From Octopus vulgaris (taxonomy: Eukaryota), in contig OX597828.1 in the NCBI GenBank assembly GCA_951406725.2, forward strand, positions 76,074,001 to 76,138,000: 64,000 nt of DNA. Direction: 5' to 3'. The notes under the pieces were generated by a model. That model did no database searches. It was not told the origin of the DNA and saw nothing but the letters and a program-made list of their open reading frames with translations. Shown here in pieces: positions 27,837 to 41,195 of the stretch (its first letter is position 1; every line of letters starts with the position of its first letter). The position numbers and the translations under genes are program-made.

Positions 27837-30800
27837 AAGAGAAAGAAAGTGTGAGAGAGAGCAGGAGAAAGAGCGGTAGAGAGGGTGATAGTGAGGGAGA
27901 AAACTGAGAGAGAAAGAGAAAGAGCGAGAGAAATGTAGAGAGAGGTAAAGAAGGAATGAGAGAGAGAGGGGGGATGAGGGACAGAGAGAAGGAGAAAGAA
28001 ATAGATAGAGATAGAGATAGAGATAGAGATAGAGATAGAGAGAGTGAGAGAGAATGATTGTTAAAGTCACTCTTGAAGGAAGTAGTGATTTGAAATCATT
28101 CTTCCAGATTTAAGAAGATTTATTGAATGAAAATGTTGGACTCATGCTCACAGACTGTGTCCTACCCGAAAATGTGTGGCCTTGAGACTTTCTGAGACAC
28201 CTCTGTAGGAAGAATCGCAGACAGAATCAGTTGATAGAATATTAATGAAGTAATTTCGAATGGTCGGAAATAGGAATTTCCGATTCGCGAGTGTCACATT
28301 TCGTAAATTGTGAAAACTGAAGTATGAAAGGGTGCTGGGAAATATCTCCTCCGCCACCCCAGCTTTCAACACGACTACCACCACGACCACCATGACCATC
28401 ACGACCAGCATCATCACCATCGCCACCATAGCCACGACAGAGAACGATATAATAATTAAAGTTGGTGAATTATCTCGAGTCTTCAAGCTGAAGCTTCCCA
28501 TTCACCTTACCAGGAGAAGAAAGAATGTAGCAGAGGTAGAGTTCTACATATTTTAGAAAGGGGTGTTTGACCTCAGTACATGACTGGTATCGACCAATGC
28601 CAAATGGAAAACAAGATCCTTCTCAGCTGTATTTGAAAACAAAGAAAAGACACGCAGCTCCGCTGTTACATGTCATGTCGTCTGCCGCTCTGCTGATTGT
28701 CTTAGTGACCAGAAGCAGGAACAAAAGACAGAGAGACAGAAAGAAGCTGGTAATATGATGATTTGTAAAGAGTTGAGGCTATAAAAGGAAAAAAGAAAAC
28801 AAGATGAAAGTCCCTGAACCTGAAATGGTGAATTTGAGCAGCAAAGTAACTTTAATCCATCAATCGAAGTTATAAAATGGCGTTCAGTTAAAAAGCAATT
28901 TCAAAATTGTTAAAATCTAATGAAAACACGATATTCTAAGAATTAAAAATCTAATTTGAAATAAAATTGCAGCCTCTCTCAGAGAGAAGAAGATTGATGA
29001 CCCAATAATGGTTCCTTGTTGATCATAATTATTATGTCGAGTAACCGGAGAAGGACATTTTGGTTGATGTGAACGGATTAAAATGCATCGTAAACTTCTT
29101 TAGACGAGAGAAAATGGCTGCTAGTGTTCATGTCAACCATTTGCTATCACTCACAGCACTGAAATGTTTAAAGAAATATCTAAATGTCGGAATGTTCTGC
29201 TATGATGCCAAAGAAATTGCGTTATTCATAAATGTTTTATACAGGAAAATTATTCATGTGTTTCTGACACCCCAAACGTTACAGCAAAGGGAGAAAAAAA
29301 AGAGAACAGGAGAGTTTATGTAAGAAAATCGATAGCTTTAATATCGAAACATCGGCCTTAAAATATCGTTATTAATGCAACTTATATTGAAGTATCTATC
29401 TGAAAAACTAGCCACACAGGCAATGTCTACGTGTTCAAATCGCACGCTAGAAATAGCGTCCAAATCTTCCTCAAATTACTCTCTTCTGCCTTCAGAAAAA
29501 TATACTTCCTCGATAATATATCTTTTTCTTATGTGGTTATTTGTGATTTAGTTTGTTACAGCCAAAGCTGTTACGGTCATGTTGTAGCTATGTAATCTCA
29601 GTTCAGGTTTCTATGAACTGTTTGAAGTCACGACTGTATGGTTAGGATTCCAAAGGTTTTGCTCGACATCTTAGTACAAATTACACCAAATGTCGTTAGA
29701 TCAACAAATTGATGGATTCCCGCCGCGCTTTTACAAATGATGCTTACAAAAAGAAACAACAAAAAAACTATTGAATAACAAATAATAGAAGTAAGTTAAA
29801 AGTAAAATGAAGTACGTCTACTTTACCCTGACATGACAGCACTCAACAGGTGTTGATCAAATCGGAAGTGTGCAATCCAGGCATGCTGTATCATCAAACA
29901 ACAAGCTTATTCCAAAAATTCATTCGTCACTTATTCACCCAGAGCAACATGTCAAATAGGCCATTTCTTTAATTGCAAACAGATATGGATCCGAAATTCA
30001 CAGTCTAAGTATTCCCTTTCTTTATAACTGAAAAGGGAAGGTATCATGTAATTCAATTAGTTTTTTTTCCAGGTTCCTTTAACAGAACAATAGTTGGATG
30101 TACAACGCAAATAACGATGTTACACTAAATCTCTACAACTGTCATTTAGTGCTGTTACGGTAAATGTCAGCAACAACGGGCTTCCCTCATCGTTCGCTTG
30201 ATTTCTAATCAAAGAATTCTGCTCAAAACACCGTGTAATGTATAAGCTCTTGAATGTTAGGCCAATAATATTTGCACAAATATCTCTGTCTAAACTGATG
30301 TCACCAGTCTTTTTAGGCGCTCGGTTTGGATGGAGTTAATGTGACTAGACTGAGTATTCACCTTTCGTTGGAAAATTGGTGAAAAAATGATATTAGGCGC
30401 CACCATTGTATGTTTGCCAGATCAAATGTTGTCGATATCGCTATCTCTGCTTTATTGGCATTAAAGAGAGAAAAAGGCAACATGATTAATAAATATATCA
30501 TCTTGATTGGCAATTCGCTTTCTCAACCAGTGCCTAGAGACAATCGGCGTTAGCAGATTCCCAAATATTAACTATATTTCTGAACTTAAAATAACCGAGC
30601 CAACCAGTGAGGCACACGAGGTTTGGCATTGTATTAATATAAGACATCAATATTTAGACTATATCCTTAAATATACAAAAGACTTGTATTAGAAATGATA
30701 AATGATGGTTATTTGAGAGACTATTTTCACATCTGTAAATAATTTCATAATTTGTTTTTGACTTAAGTTCACATCTGATCGAGATAAGAACTAAAACAAT

Positions 30801-30840
30801 CTAATTGTGTCTTTCCTATCTTAATGTCAAGAATTCTACC

Positions 30841-30972
30841 TTTGGTACCATATTAGGAGCAATAATGCGTTTGATACCTTATTATCAGGGATAATATATC
30901 TGCTACCATATTATCAAGAATGGCACATCTGGTGCCGTATTAAGAGCGATGGCACATCTAGTAACATATCGT
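30841..30972. repeat. Degenerate ~29-bp minisatellite, 4-5 units
   Basis: tttggtaccatatta.. / tttgataccttattatc.. / tctgctaccatattatc.. / tctggtgccgtatta.. / tctagtaacatatc. Confidence 0.7.
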
Positions 30973-31074
30973 CGAATGTTTTCTGCCTATTTCAAGAGAG
31001 AATGATTTAGCAGCTATCATTAGCAGATAAAGGCGGGTGGGGCGCATATAGAGGCAACGTTGATGGTTGTCAAT

Positions 31075-31380
31075 GGAGTGAAGGCGAATGGCTTAGTGAC
31101 TCAAGGTGGTGAGCTTGATACCTGGCGGCACGTTGTGCCCTTGAGCAAGACACGTTATTTCACGTTGCTCCGGTTCACTCAACTGGCAAAAGTTAGTTGT
31201 ACCTGTAATACATAGGGACCAGTCTCGTCATATTCTTTGTCACGCTGACACTTTCTGTGAACTCCATTAAGCGCACGCGTGTCTGTGGAAGCCTCAGCCA
31301 CTTGCACGATAATTTCACGAGCAGGCTGTTCCATTGATCGTATCAAATGGATCCCTCATCCTCGTAACCGACGGAGTGGC
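31075..31380 (+). mobile_element. tRNA-derived SINE with CORE-like central segment
   Basis: gttgtgcccttgagcaagacac.ttatttcacgttgctcc; related diverged copy at about 43610-43745. Confidence 0.65.
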
Positions 31381-32077
31381 TGTTTGTCAGTGGAGAGAAC
31401 AATGTGACATCAACACACGGCTGTGGAATTCACTGCCTTTTAAGACAGTAGCTGTTATTCTAAAAGAGTTCGTCTTATTGTTGGGAATAGACACCAGATT
31501 TTCTGTGCAAAGATCAATAGGTTCCCTCGTCCAATGATATCTCCGTTCACAAAAGATCAAACAATTGTCAATATTTATCGTTTTTGTGACGTAAAATCAA
31601 TAAATATCTCTCTCGTTATTCATTTTTATTTCTTTTTGTCTGTTCAGTCAAAGTTAATATCCGCTGGAGTCGATTTAGCAGTTCATCGCTTGGAATTCTA
31701 TAAAACAATTCTGTATTTCAGCAATATACTGTAATAATTCCATTGGTTGTTGCTCTTCATTACATAAATTTGCATTGAGAATATGTGAGATGTCGATAAT
31801 ATTGCGATATGTTTCATTATATTTAGTTCTAATAACTTTGAAGAAAGAAACCGACCACTGCGTGTTACATTCTTCTGCTGGAGCTTGGTAGAATGTTAAT
31901 GGAAGTGGTCTCGCATTCATTTAGAACAGGGTTCGACTCCATTGCACGATGCATCGTTCATTTGTTCTTCATAACAGCCTCAAGTCAATCAAAGTCTTAC
32001 GTGTAAATCTTGCTCAACAGAAATTGTTTGACAGGCTCTGAATTGGTGATGGATTTAATCTTTCGTTTGTTTACCAC

Positions 32078-32130
<53 letters not shown>

Positions 32131-32415
32131 TCTCTCTCCCTCGTAAGTCATTAGCCGAACCCATTCATTTGCTGCGAGCATTAATATCAGACGAACAGTT
32201 ATCAAGAATATCAACCCTTTATCTTGCAAGTTTCAGACTCCAAACCAAAATATAAATGCTGTCCGTTCTATACAAATTCTTTTGAGAATGGAAATCGTTT
32301 CGACGTGAAAACGAGATTTGGAAATAAAAAGACATTTTACAGGAGAAACCAAGAACTTTTTAAACGATTAAACGAGCTGCATCTGGGCTATTACATATAT
32401 ATCGTGAAATCTTCC

Positions 32416-32483
<68 letters not shown>

Positions 32484-32640
32484 GGTGGTGGTGGTAGTGC
32501 TGCTGCTGGTGGTAATAATTGCAACAACAGTATCAGCATTAATAGTAGCGGTAATACAATTATTTTTCCCAATCCATAGTATTAACGGTCGACTTGATAA
32601 AATTGTCGTGGGATCTTCCAGCGTACTAGTAGTAGCAGAG

Positions 32641-32707
<67 letters not shown>

Positions 32708-33578
32708 CAGGCGTAATGTCGGTAGTAGCTGTAGTTGATTTCTTAATCGAGGCGGTTTATCGCTCGACTCGATTCAATTAGCAACAGAAACCTCCCTCTA
32801 ATTTTCCTTTACTCTCCATGACATCTGTACCCGCTCAACTGACGCTCTACCTGCCATAAATATCCTCGACCACAGCTGACTTGGGGTTATATAACATAAC
32901 AACTAGAAAGTTATCTGTGATGATCCAGCTACGCATTAAATATTACAGAAATGCGTTAAAAGTACGAAAGAAAACAATTCGGAAATGTGTGAAAATTACG
33001 AAATACGACATTTAATATGATTTCAGATTTACGGAAGAAGAAACTGTAATATTTTCTCAAATACATTATCCACGTAAATGAATGATTTGGCTGACACTGG
33101 TAACGGAAAGTCGCGTAGTAAAGGCTTACTCTTATGACCACTGCACAATGTTTGATTACGATAAATCTTGGTCATTGGTAAGGAAAATAGGTAAATAAGA
33201 AAATCGGTCCTCATTGAAAGTCAGTAAGTCGGAGATAATTTACAAGGAAATGAATGCCAAATGTTGAAGGTGTGATCTGGCAGTTCATTAAATGAGAACT
33301 GCAGGACTGTGAAAAATACGCTTTTCCATCTTGTTGGGTTAGGGTTAGGGTTAGGGCTAGTTGAGTTCGACAATCATGTAGAAGCCAAACAGTGATCTTT
33401 CCAGTAATGATTGGCTAACACGTTTAGTTTTTGGCAAAATTCCTGATCAATTGGAGACCTACTGAAACATTGCAAACTATTGAAAACATTGGAATCATCC
33501 AATTTTCTCTGAAATGGACAATAACCGCAGTCACACGCGCGAACGCTCTCATTTATGTATATGTATTTATGTGTGTGT

Positions 33579-33655
<77 letters not shown>

Positions 33656-33848
33656 TGTGTGTTTATGAAAAATGGGATAGTCATTGCTGGAACGCTGTTA
33701 GATAGTGGAGATATAACTCAAAGAACAAGAGCAAACACATTTAGAAAGATTCCTGAGTGTGTGTGTGTGGGGGGGCACCATCTGTCGTTTCAAATAATGT
33801 TGAGTACGGAGAGAGAAGAAATCGATTTCTCCACGCCACTAGAATCGA

Positions 33849-33920
<72 letters not shown>

Positions 33921-33922
<2 letters not shown>

Positions 33923-34622
33923 CAAAAACGTGCAATGAAAAGAAATATAACAAGTAACTGCAGAATATGAGGAGATGGACAAGAAACAATAAATCATATT
34001 ATCTCTGGCTGCCCAGTCCTGGCTAAGAAGGAATATATTCACAGACATGACAGAGTTGGAACCTACATACATTGGAAACTATGCCAACATTATGAAATAA
34101 CAACAGAAAAAAGATGGTATGGGCACACACCAGAAAAGGTCACAGAAAACGAGAAAGCAACCATACTCTGAGATATGCCAATACACACAGATAGAGAAAT
34201 TAAGGCCAACAGACCAGATATAGTTGTCAGAGATCATGAAGAAAAAAAATGCTTTCTAATTGATGTATCAATACCAGCAGATGACAACATGTCACTAAAA
34301 GAAATGGAGAAACTTTCAAAATACAAAGACCTGGAAATAGAGGTAACTGGAATGTGGAATCAAAAAACAGAAACAATTCCTATCATAGTAGGTGCATTAG
34401 GCATGATAAAAAAATATTCAGACAAATACATAACAAAAACACCAGGACTTACAAACGCATATAACATACAGAAAATTGCACTACTAGGCACTGCACACAT
34501 CCTACGCAGAACACTTTCGATACAGTAACCATCAGAGCATCACAACAAATCACAGCACATACCCAAGGCACATAGAGCTGCGCTCGGTAGTGAAATGAAA
34601 ATACGTTATAAAAATAAAACTA

Positions 34623-34628
<6 letters not shown>
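33921..34628 (+). mobile_element. Dong/R4-clade LINE 3' fragment
   Basis: CRI*GDGQETINHIISGC..EYIHRHD; ORF 34175-34528 ANRPDIVV..LIDVSIP..EKLSKYKDL..PIIVGALG..LLGTAHILRR; (TAA)n on both sides. Confidence 0.92.
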
Positions 34629-34717
<89 letters not shown>

Positions 34718-34718
<1 letters not shown>

Positions 34719-34935
34719 CCATTATACTATAGGCACAAGGCCTGACATTTTGGGGAGGGGTCTAATCGATTACATAGACTCCAGTATTTCACTGGTACTT
34801 AATTTATCGACCCCGAAAAGATAAAACTAAAATTCGACATCCACGGAATTTCAACTCCAAATTTATACATGGAGGGGATGCTGTTTAGTATTTTGCCCAA
34901 CATGCCAACCATTTTCCCAGTTTATCGCCCTAAGA
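34718..34935 (-). mobile_element. Nin-domain SINE
   Basis: taggcacaaggcctga..actggtacttaatttatcgaccccgaaa (reverse complement of the SINE body). Confidence 0.75.
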
Positions 34936-35004
34936 ATAATTATTATAGAGGCTGTAACTGTAACTGAGTGAGAAAATGTAACGGTCAGAATGTATAGAAC
35001 GGAG

Positions 35005-35530
35005 CATGAAAGCTAATGAATCAGTTATTGTTGTGAAAGACTGAAACAATAAAGTCTGTTTATTGATTGATATGAGCATACCTTGTGATCATAATATCTC
35101 GGCAAAGGAATTTGATAAGCTTAGAAAATTTAAAGATTTGTTAACTAAAATTGAAAAGATGTGGCACCTCAAGACGGTGGCAATGCCAATGATTACAGGA
35201 TCACTTGGATTAATCAAAAAAGCAACTGAGAATTATTGGAAAATGATCCCTGGTTTACCATCCATGCGAGAAATGCACACAATTGTTTTAACTGGTTCGT
35301 CACACGCATTGGGAAGAGTATTATCGATGTGAATTGTCTTTCCTTCTTCCATTTTATTTTCTTTGTTTTTATCCTTATTTTCCTTCTTTCCTTTTTCTTT
35401 CTTCCCTCTTTTTTCTATAACATAACTTGACTTCCGTAAAGGAACAATCTGGTGTGTTCACTGTATTAGCTTAGCAATGTATACAGTGAATTTCTTTGCT
35501 CTAGGTGTCGGTTAGGCACTTAGCAAGAAA
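35005..35530 (+). mobile_element. Dong/R4-clade LINE 3' fragment, older family
   Basis: IDMSIPCD..KEFDKLRKFKDL..IEKMWHLKT..GSLGLI..VLTGSSHALGRVLSM*. Confidence 0.85.
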
Positions 35531-35569
35531 TAAAGAAAATTGAATGAAGAATAACACAATAATTTCAAA

Positions 35570-35780
35570 TTTTTTTCGCAAGACCAGTAATTCTGGGGAA
35601 GAGGTAAGTCGACTACATGGATCCCAGAGCTCAACTGGTACCTATTTTATCGACCCCGAAACGATGATAGGCAAAGGCAACTTCGGGCGGAATTCGAACT
35701 CAGAAAAGTTAAGCCGGACGAATTACCGTTGGAAATTTCCTCCGGTGTGCTTACGCTTCTAATACCAGCTCGCCGCTTTA
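35570..35780 (-). mobile_element. Nin-domain SINE
   Basis: actggtacctattttatcgaccccgaaacgatg..cggaattcgaactcagaa..ccagctcgccgc. Confidence 0.75.
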
Positions 35781-36323
35781 ATAATTGTTTCGTCAGAACA
35801 ATAGAAATATCAAGATGTATGCTTAGTAAATGCCATCAACACAAACCACTAGCAGATATTTCCTTTAACCTGTGAGAATTACTGCAAGGTAATTTGTTCG
35901 TCGCACCCACAATTTAACGAGCTCACTACTCGCCATAAAACATATTTCAGATGTAGTATATCAATCTCAATATATTCCTGATACACATGCTTCCTCTGAT
36001 GTTAGATTCGTGTTCGACGTAAAACGGGAAACAAAATAAATTGAAGAGAATTCTTTAAGACTTACACTGATCCTAAAAACATAAAAAAAACATAGTTATC
36101 TGACTAAAAGTTTAGAAGGAAAGCAAAGCTTGTTTTATCATCCACCCTCAATGAATGACTGGTATCATATTATAAGAACACCATAGAAACTAAATAGAAA
36201 TCGCAGACATTATATACACTGGAAAGATAAAACGTCAAGTCTAAACGGTATTGTTACACATCACCAACTCTTAATATGAACAATAGATATTATGTATTGC
36301 ATAAACACGAAGCCAAAACTACT

Positions 36324-36400
<77 letters not shown>

Positions 36401-36548
36401 ATATCTATGTGTATGTGCCTATGCGTCTGGGTGTGTGTATATAAATATATATATATATATATACTTATATTTATATATATATACACAAACATGCATACAC
36501 ATATACATACATACATACATACCAATATATATATATATATATATATAG

Positions 36549-36582
<34 letters not shown>

Positions 36583-36964
36583 ATGTATACATATGAATGT
36601 ATATACGCACTTACATATTCATTAAAACATAGACATACTCGGTCTTACACACACACACACACATACACACACACGCGTGTAAATATATCAATTCTTTATA
36701 CATATATCAATGGCACTGCTCCAGCTTGCCCACAGCATCTGGCTAAAACAAGAAAGCACGAAGGTAGAAATGTAAGTAGATATTAATATAAAATATATCG
36801 TGTTTTAGAAATACAAACTTATATACATATAAGTATCCAGCGGGGTAGCAGCGTCTGAAAGCTGAAACAATGCAAAACGCATTGTAATCGGTGATGTATA
36901 ATAACAGTAATCGTGAGCATGTGATATATATATATATGTGTGTGTGTGTGTATGTGTATATATA

Positions 36965-37500
36965 GAAATTAGGGGTTTATTTCCCTTGTGATCTAAACGT
37001 CTAGGTACGCTGGGTAAGTGGTATCGTTGATAGTCCGTTAGGTTCCAAGTTCCCAGCTGAGGCTGGATCTAAGGTTTCATATTAGGGTTCCGTTATAGCA
37101 GGTTTATATTATGATAGAGGTAAAAACAAAACCAAGGCAGAATGAGTATCTCAAGTCATCTAGAATAATTTAATTAGGGTAAGGTGAATTTGAAGTCTTG
37201 CAGTTGGTTCTGGGATAGCGCAAGCGTTAGGCTAGTATCTGCAGCACTGGGTATTCCATCATCAGAGACAAGCTATGGATATTTTAGACATGGAAAATTT
37301 ACAATTTACAAGAATAAAATAGATTCACAGTTTATAGGGAATAAAATATATTAAAGGATAAATACAAAAATAAAGAGTAAAGGTTGGTAGAAGAATACAG
37401 GCGGATTTAATGAATGTTGGTCGGTAGTTCCAGGAAGGTAGGGGTCCTTAGTTAAAATCCCAGGAAAATCCAGGCGGCATTTTAGCCGTATTTTGAATGA
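36965..37500 (-). mobile_element. Penelope-like 3' terminus with decayed long-stem-II hammerhead (37195-37269)
   Basis: Minus strand GTCT-CTGATGA-TGGAATA...TATCCCA-GAAC-CAACTG-CA-AGAC; abuts (TA)n. Confidence 0.55.
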
Positions 37501-37996
37501 TGTCTTTATATTGAAGCTATAGAGAGAATGAATACATCATTCAAAATACTGACAAAATACCGCCTTTTCATGTTTGCCTTCGATAGCTGCAAAGTTCTTT
37601 CTTTTGTTTGTGTGGTATATGTATTATTACTACTTTTTCTTCCACTGTATATAGATGTAAGGCTTCGTGTTGTTATATATGCATAGTTCTCTGGGTGTTG
37701 TGTTTCCATAATGCCTTGTTTGTTTCCCTCTAAGTATACATTCGCTATCTTTTTCTCGGTACATTAATAACAGCACTGTCGACTCTAAAATTGAGTTGTC
37801 TCAATGGTAATGGTGCGAAACCACTATGATATTTTGGGTCATTGACTGACGAGGAAAACTCAGTTGCGCATATTCCGTGTATCATGTATTTGTCTAAATT
37901 CTCCGTCCGTTAGGTTTTTGTCTCGTTTCCCCTTTAAACTGCTTTCGTCTAAATTTTTCTCCTTGTCTCATATATATATATATATATATATATATT

Positions 37997-39030
37997 GGGA
38001 AAAATAATTTCCAAATCAATTAGGTGAAACCCTTCAGCGTTATATGCATCTATATATCGTACTTTGGTGTCTTATTTATCGTATATTTATATATCTATCT
38101 ACAACTATTATAGGATTGGTCTCTACCTATAATACTCCAATTAAGTGTGTACTCTCTTTTTCTAGATTTTAATTCCCATATATATTTACTAAATCCTGTA
38201 GACTTATTTAAATAGCTGTTGATCCAATATAAGCCTTATATATAATTTTATTATTATTGTTCTTAGAGTTAACTATACATTTATAAATTACGTTATTTAT
38301 ATTGCATTTAGTCTTATCACGACACGAACATTTTTCTGCACGTTGATTAAGTCTTCTGTCACTATCGGCCATATTATGGCTAGAGCTATTACTTATTATG
38401 CTATTGTAATAATTATTTAATTTCTTATTTATAGAGGAAATCATATTGCCTGCATTTCTCGGTGTTGAGTATCTCACTCTTATGGTTTTATTGGAAAATA
38501 TATTGTCCTTTTTAAAAACAATTTTTACTATCTTAAGTATCTCCTTAATAATATTAGTCATAACTTGATCCCCATACGGAATAATTAACCATATAATATC
38601 CTTTTTTTATGTTTTTATAATATCCTTATTAGTAGACATCATCGGTATTAAATTGTTATTCTTAGTTATATTACATCTCTTTATGTATACTTTACTATGT
38701 TTCTTACTATTGCTCATATTCTCATTATAATGATTACTATTATTATTGTAAACATTATTAACAAGTATATTGTTTTTATCTTTATTTAGTTTGTTATATT
38801 GTCTTTAATTATTATTATTAATCATATTTTTACTGTTAGAATTATTATTAGTTTTATTAGGAATACTTATAGTATTACTATTACTATTACTATTATTATT
38901 ATTATTATTATTATCGTGTTCATAATAATTAAAAAAATATATATTACAGTTGTATTCTACTTCTTTTAAAGCTTTTTTATAATATGGGGCATGTTTATAA
39001 AAAGTGTCATAATCTGATATACACTACCGT
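37997..39030 (-). mobile_element. Penelope-like element fragment (RT thumb, Asn-rich linker, GIY-YIG), degenerate
   Basis: TFYKHAPYYKKALKEVEYN; KKDIIWLIIPY..TNI; KTIRVRYS; CSCRDKTKC..NVIYKCIV..AYIGST. Confidence 0.82.
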
Positions 39031-39401
39031 CAGAAATTAATTAGCACCTTTGATTTGCTCTTCACTCAAGGTATGTGCTGTCACCTAGTGGCCATATCTC
39101 GAACTATTGCTTTGTTGCGAGTTCACTGTTGCGCAGAACGATGACGTAACTTTGTTTGCAGAGCAGTTTGAGAGTCTACAGCCTTATGATGTTGACATAG
39201 CAGTGCAACAACAACTTGGAGTGCGGATGCAGACAAATCTTCCTTTGTTTAATAGATATAGGTAGCGCCTCGCAAGGACCGAAATCACACCATACTAAGT
39301 TTTCTCATCGTGTAAGACGTTTTGAACAGCTCATAGGTTAATTGATTTAACCTATTTAATGTAGAAATTTGAGAAGTGCTAATTAATTTCTGACGCAAGT
39401 G

Positions 39402-39471
<70 letters not shown>

Positions 39472-40128
39472 CATATATATATGTATTTATATATGTATAT
39501 ATATATAGGTATATATTTATGTATATGTATATATATTGTAATCTTGCAATACTGAAACAAGTGTAGTTCCTTCATATTTAATAAATATAAGTATTAACTA
39601 AAGTATGATATTATTAATGAAGTATATTATATACCAAGCTGGTAGTTTTGGTTATATCTTTTAAGTATTATTTCGTGATGTGCAAACTGATGCCATGAGT
39701 TTACTGTCAGATATATTCATTAGGTTATTTTTGTATTATCCGAAATAGAATACCCGTTTAGCGATTATTCCTCCAAAATTGAATATATATATATATATAT
39801 ATACATAAATATATATATATACACATATATGTATGTATGTGTATATATATATATATATATACATACATACACACGCACATTTTGGCCAGTATTCAAAGTA
39901 TAGTCGATTCAGTCGTAAGAAATTCCCCTTTCGAGAGAAGGGAAAATATAGCAGTGAAATATGTCGAGAAGTGGCGATTGTTTTATAACATCATAATGTA
40001 CTTTAGTGGTGCAGATCTGGAGAATAACAATTGAGTGAAACATAACGTAGGCCAAAAAGTAATAACATATTAATTGACTGCACTACGATTAAAATGTGAT
40101 TATTGTATGTATATTTTCTGTTTTCTTT

Positions 40129-40175
<47 letters not shown>

Positions 40176-40177
40176 AA

Positions 40178-40368
40178 TAAGGACTGAACACGAAAAGTGG
40201 ACAGTCAACATGCTAGATATAGACGTCAAATCGCCATTCTCCACAAAAGATTATGTTCTCAAACCAAACTCTGCACAAAAGATTTGAGAACATAATCTTT
40301 TGTGGAGAATGGTGATTTGACGTCTATATCTAGCATGTTGACTGTCCACTTTTCGCGTTCAGTCCTTA
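40178..40368. repeat. Fold-back inverted repeat, 86-bp arms, 19-nt loop
   Basis: 40178-40263 is the reverse complement of 40283-40368, with 2 transition mismatches. Confidence 0.93.
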
Positions 40369-40478
40369 ATTGGTATATATAAATATTTTAATCTTCGGAT
40401 TCTTTTTTAATATGCTAGACTACTGGTTTTAATTGATAAATATCAATTTCTACCCTTAATTAATTTTATATTTTATAT

Positions 40479-40528
<50 letters not shown>

Positions 40529-40530
<2 letters not shown>

Positions 40531-40713
40531 GGAGAGTTTACGAAAAAAACAACAAAAGACGAAGACAGGTGGTGTACAAAACAAACAGATGTATTAGTAT
40601 AACGCTCATGAATAGAAAAAAGTCTTTTACGTTTCGAGCCTCCGCTCTTCTACAGAAAGGGACACAGAAAACAAGGAGAAAAAAATTTGTGTAGTGGCTA
40701 ACGATCTATCATG
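40529..40713 (-). mobile_element. Penelope-like terminus with variant hammerhead-like motif (40624-40659)
   Basis: CTTT-CTGTAGAA-GAGC ggag GCTC-GAAA-CG-TA-AAAG; microsatellite flanks. Confidence 0.6.
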
Positions 40714-40775
40714 TGTGTGTATGTATGTATATATATATTTGTATATATATAAATATGTATTTATAGTTATGTACA

Positions 40776-40813
<38 letters not shown>

Positions 40814-40899
40814 TATTAGAGACAAAACCACTATTTTGCAAAACAAACAAGGAAAGACTTAATCAATACATAAAATTTTAATAAATAGTCAAAAAACCG

Positions 40900-40942
40900 C
40901 CACTACAATTGTTTCGTGTCTTGATCGACAATCTTCAGGTGG
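40900..40942 (-). ncRNA. Minimal type I hammerhead motif (inverted-arm copy)
   Basis: CCAC-CTGAAGA-TTGTC gatcaa GACAC-GAAA-CAATTG-TA-GTGG; first pair of stem II mismatched. Confidence 0.65.
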
Positions 40943-40978
40943 ACTTCCAATAAGTCATGAAACTGACTTATTGGAAGT

Positions 40979-41021
40979 CCACCTGAAGATTGTCGATCAA
41001 GACAAGAAACAATTGTAGTGG
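40979..41021 (+). ncRNA. Minimal type I hammerhead motif
   Basis: CCAC-CTGAAGA-TTGTC gatcaa GACAA-GAAA-CAATTG-TA-GTGG; palindromic stem III typical of PLE hammerheads. Confidence 0.82.
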
Positions 41022-41195
41022 CGGTTTTTTTGACTATTTATTAAAATTTTATGTATTGATTAAGTCTTTCCTTGTTTGTTTTGCAAAATAGTGGTTTTGT
41101 CTCTAATAATATTTTATAATATTTTACTATAAAATTGGATTTAATCCTAAATCTGATTTTTTCCCTGTAAATTTGGATTTATTCCCTAATATTTA

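Larger units (their letters stand above)
40804..41118. repeat. Fold-back inverted repeat, 154-bp arms, 6-nt loop, a hammerhead in each arm
   Basis: 40804-40957 vs 40964-41118: one substitution and one homopolymer indel seen. Confidence 0.95.

Noticed and set aside
20975-30972. 31-bp and 29-bp periodic repeats as CRISPR-like arrays
   Set aside because: Head-to-tail degenerate units without unique spacers, eukaryotic context, no cas genes.
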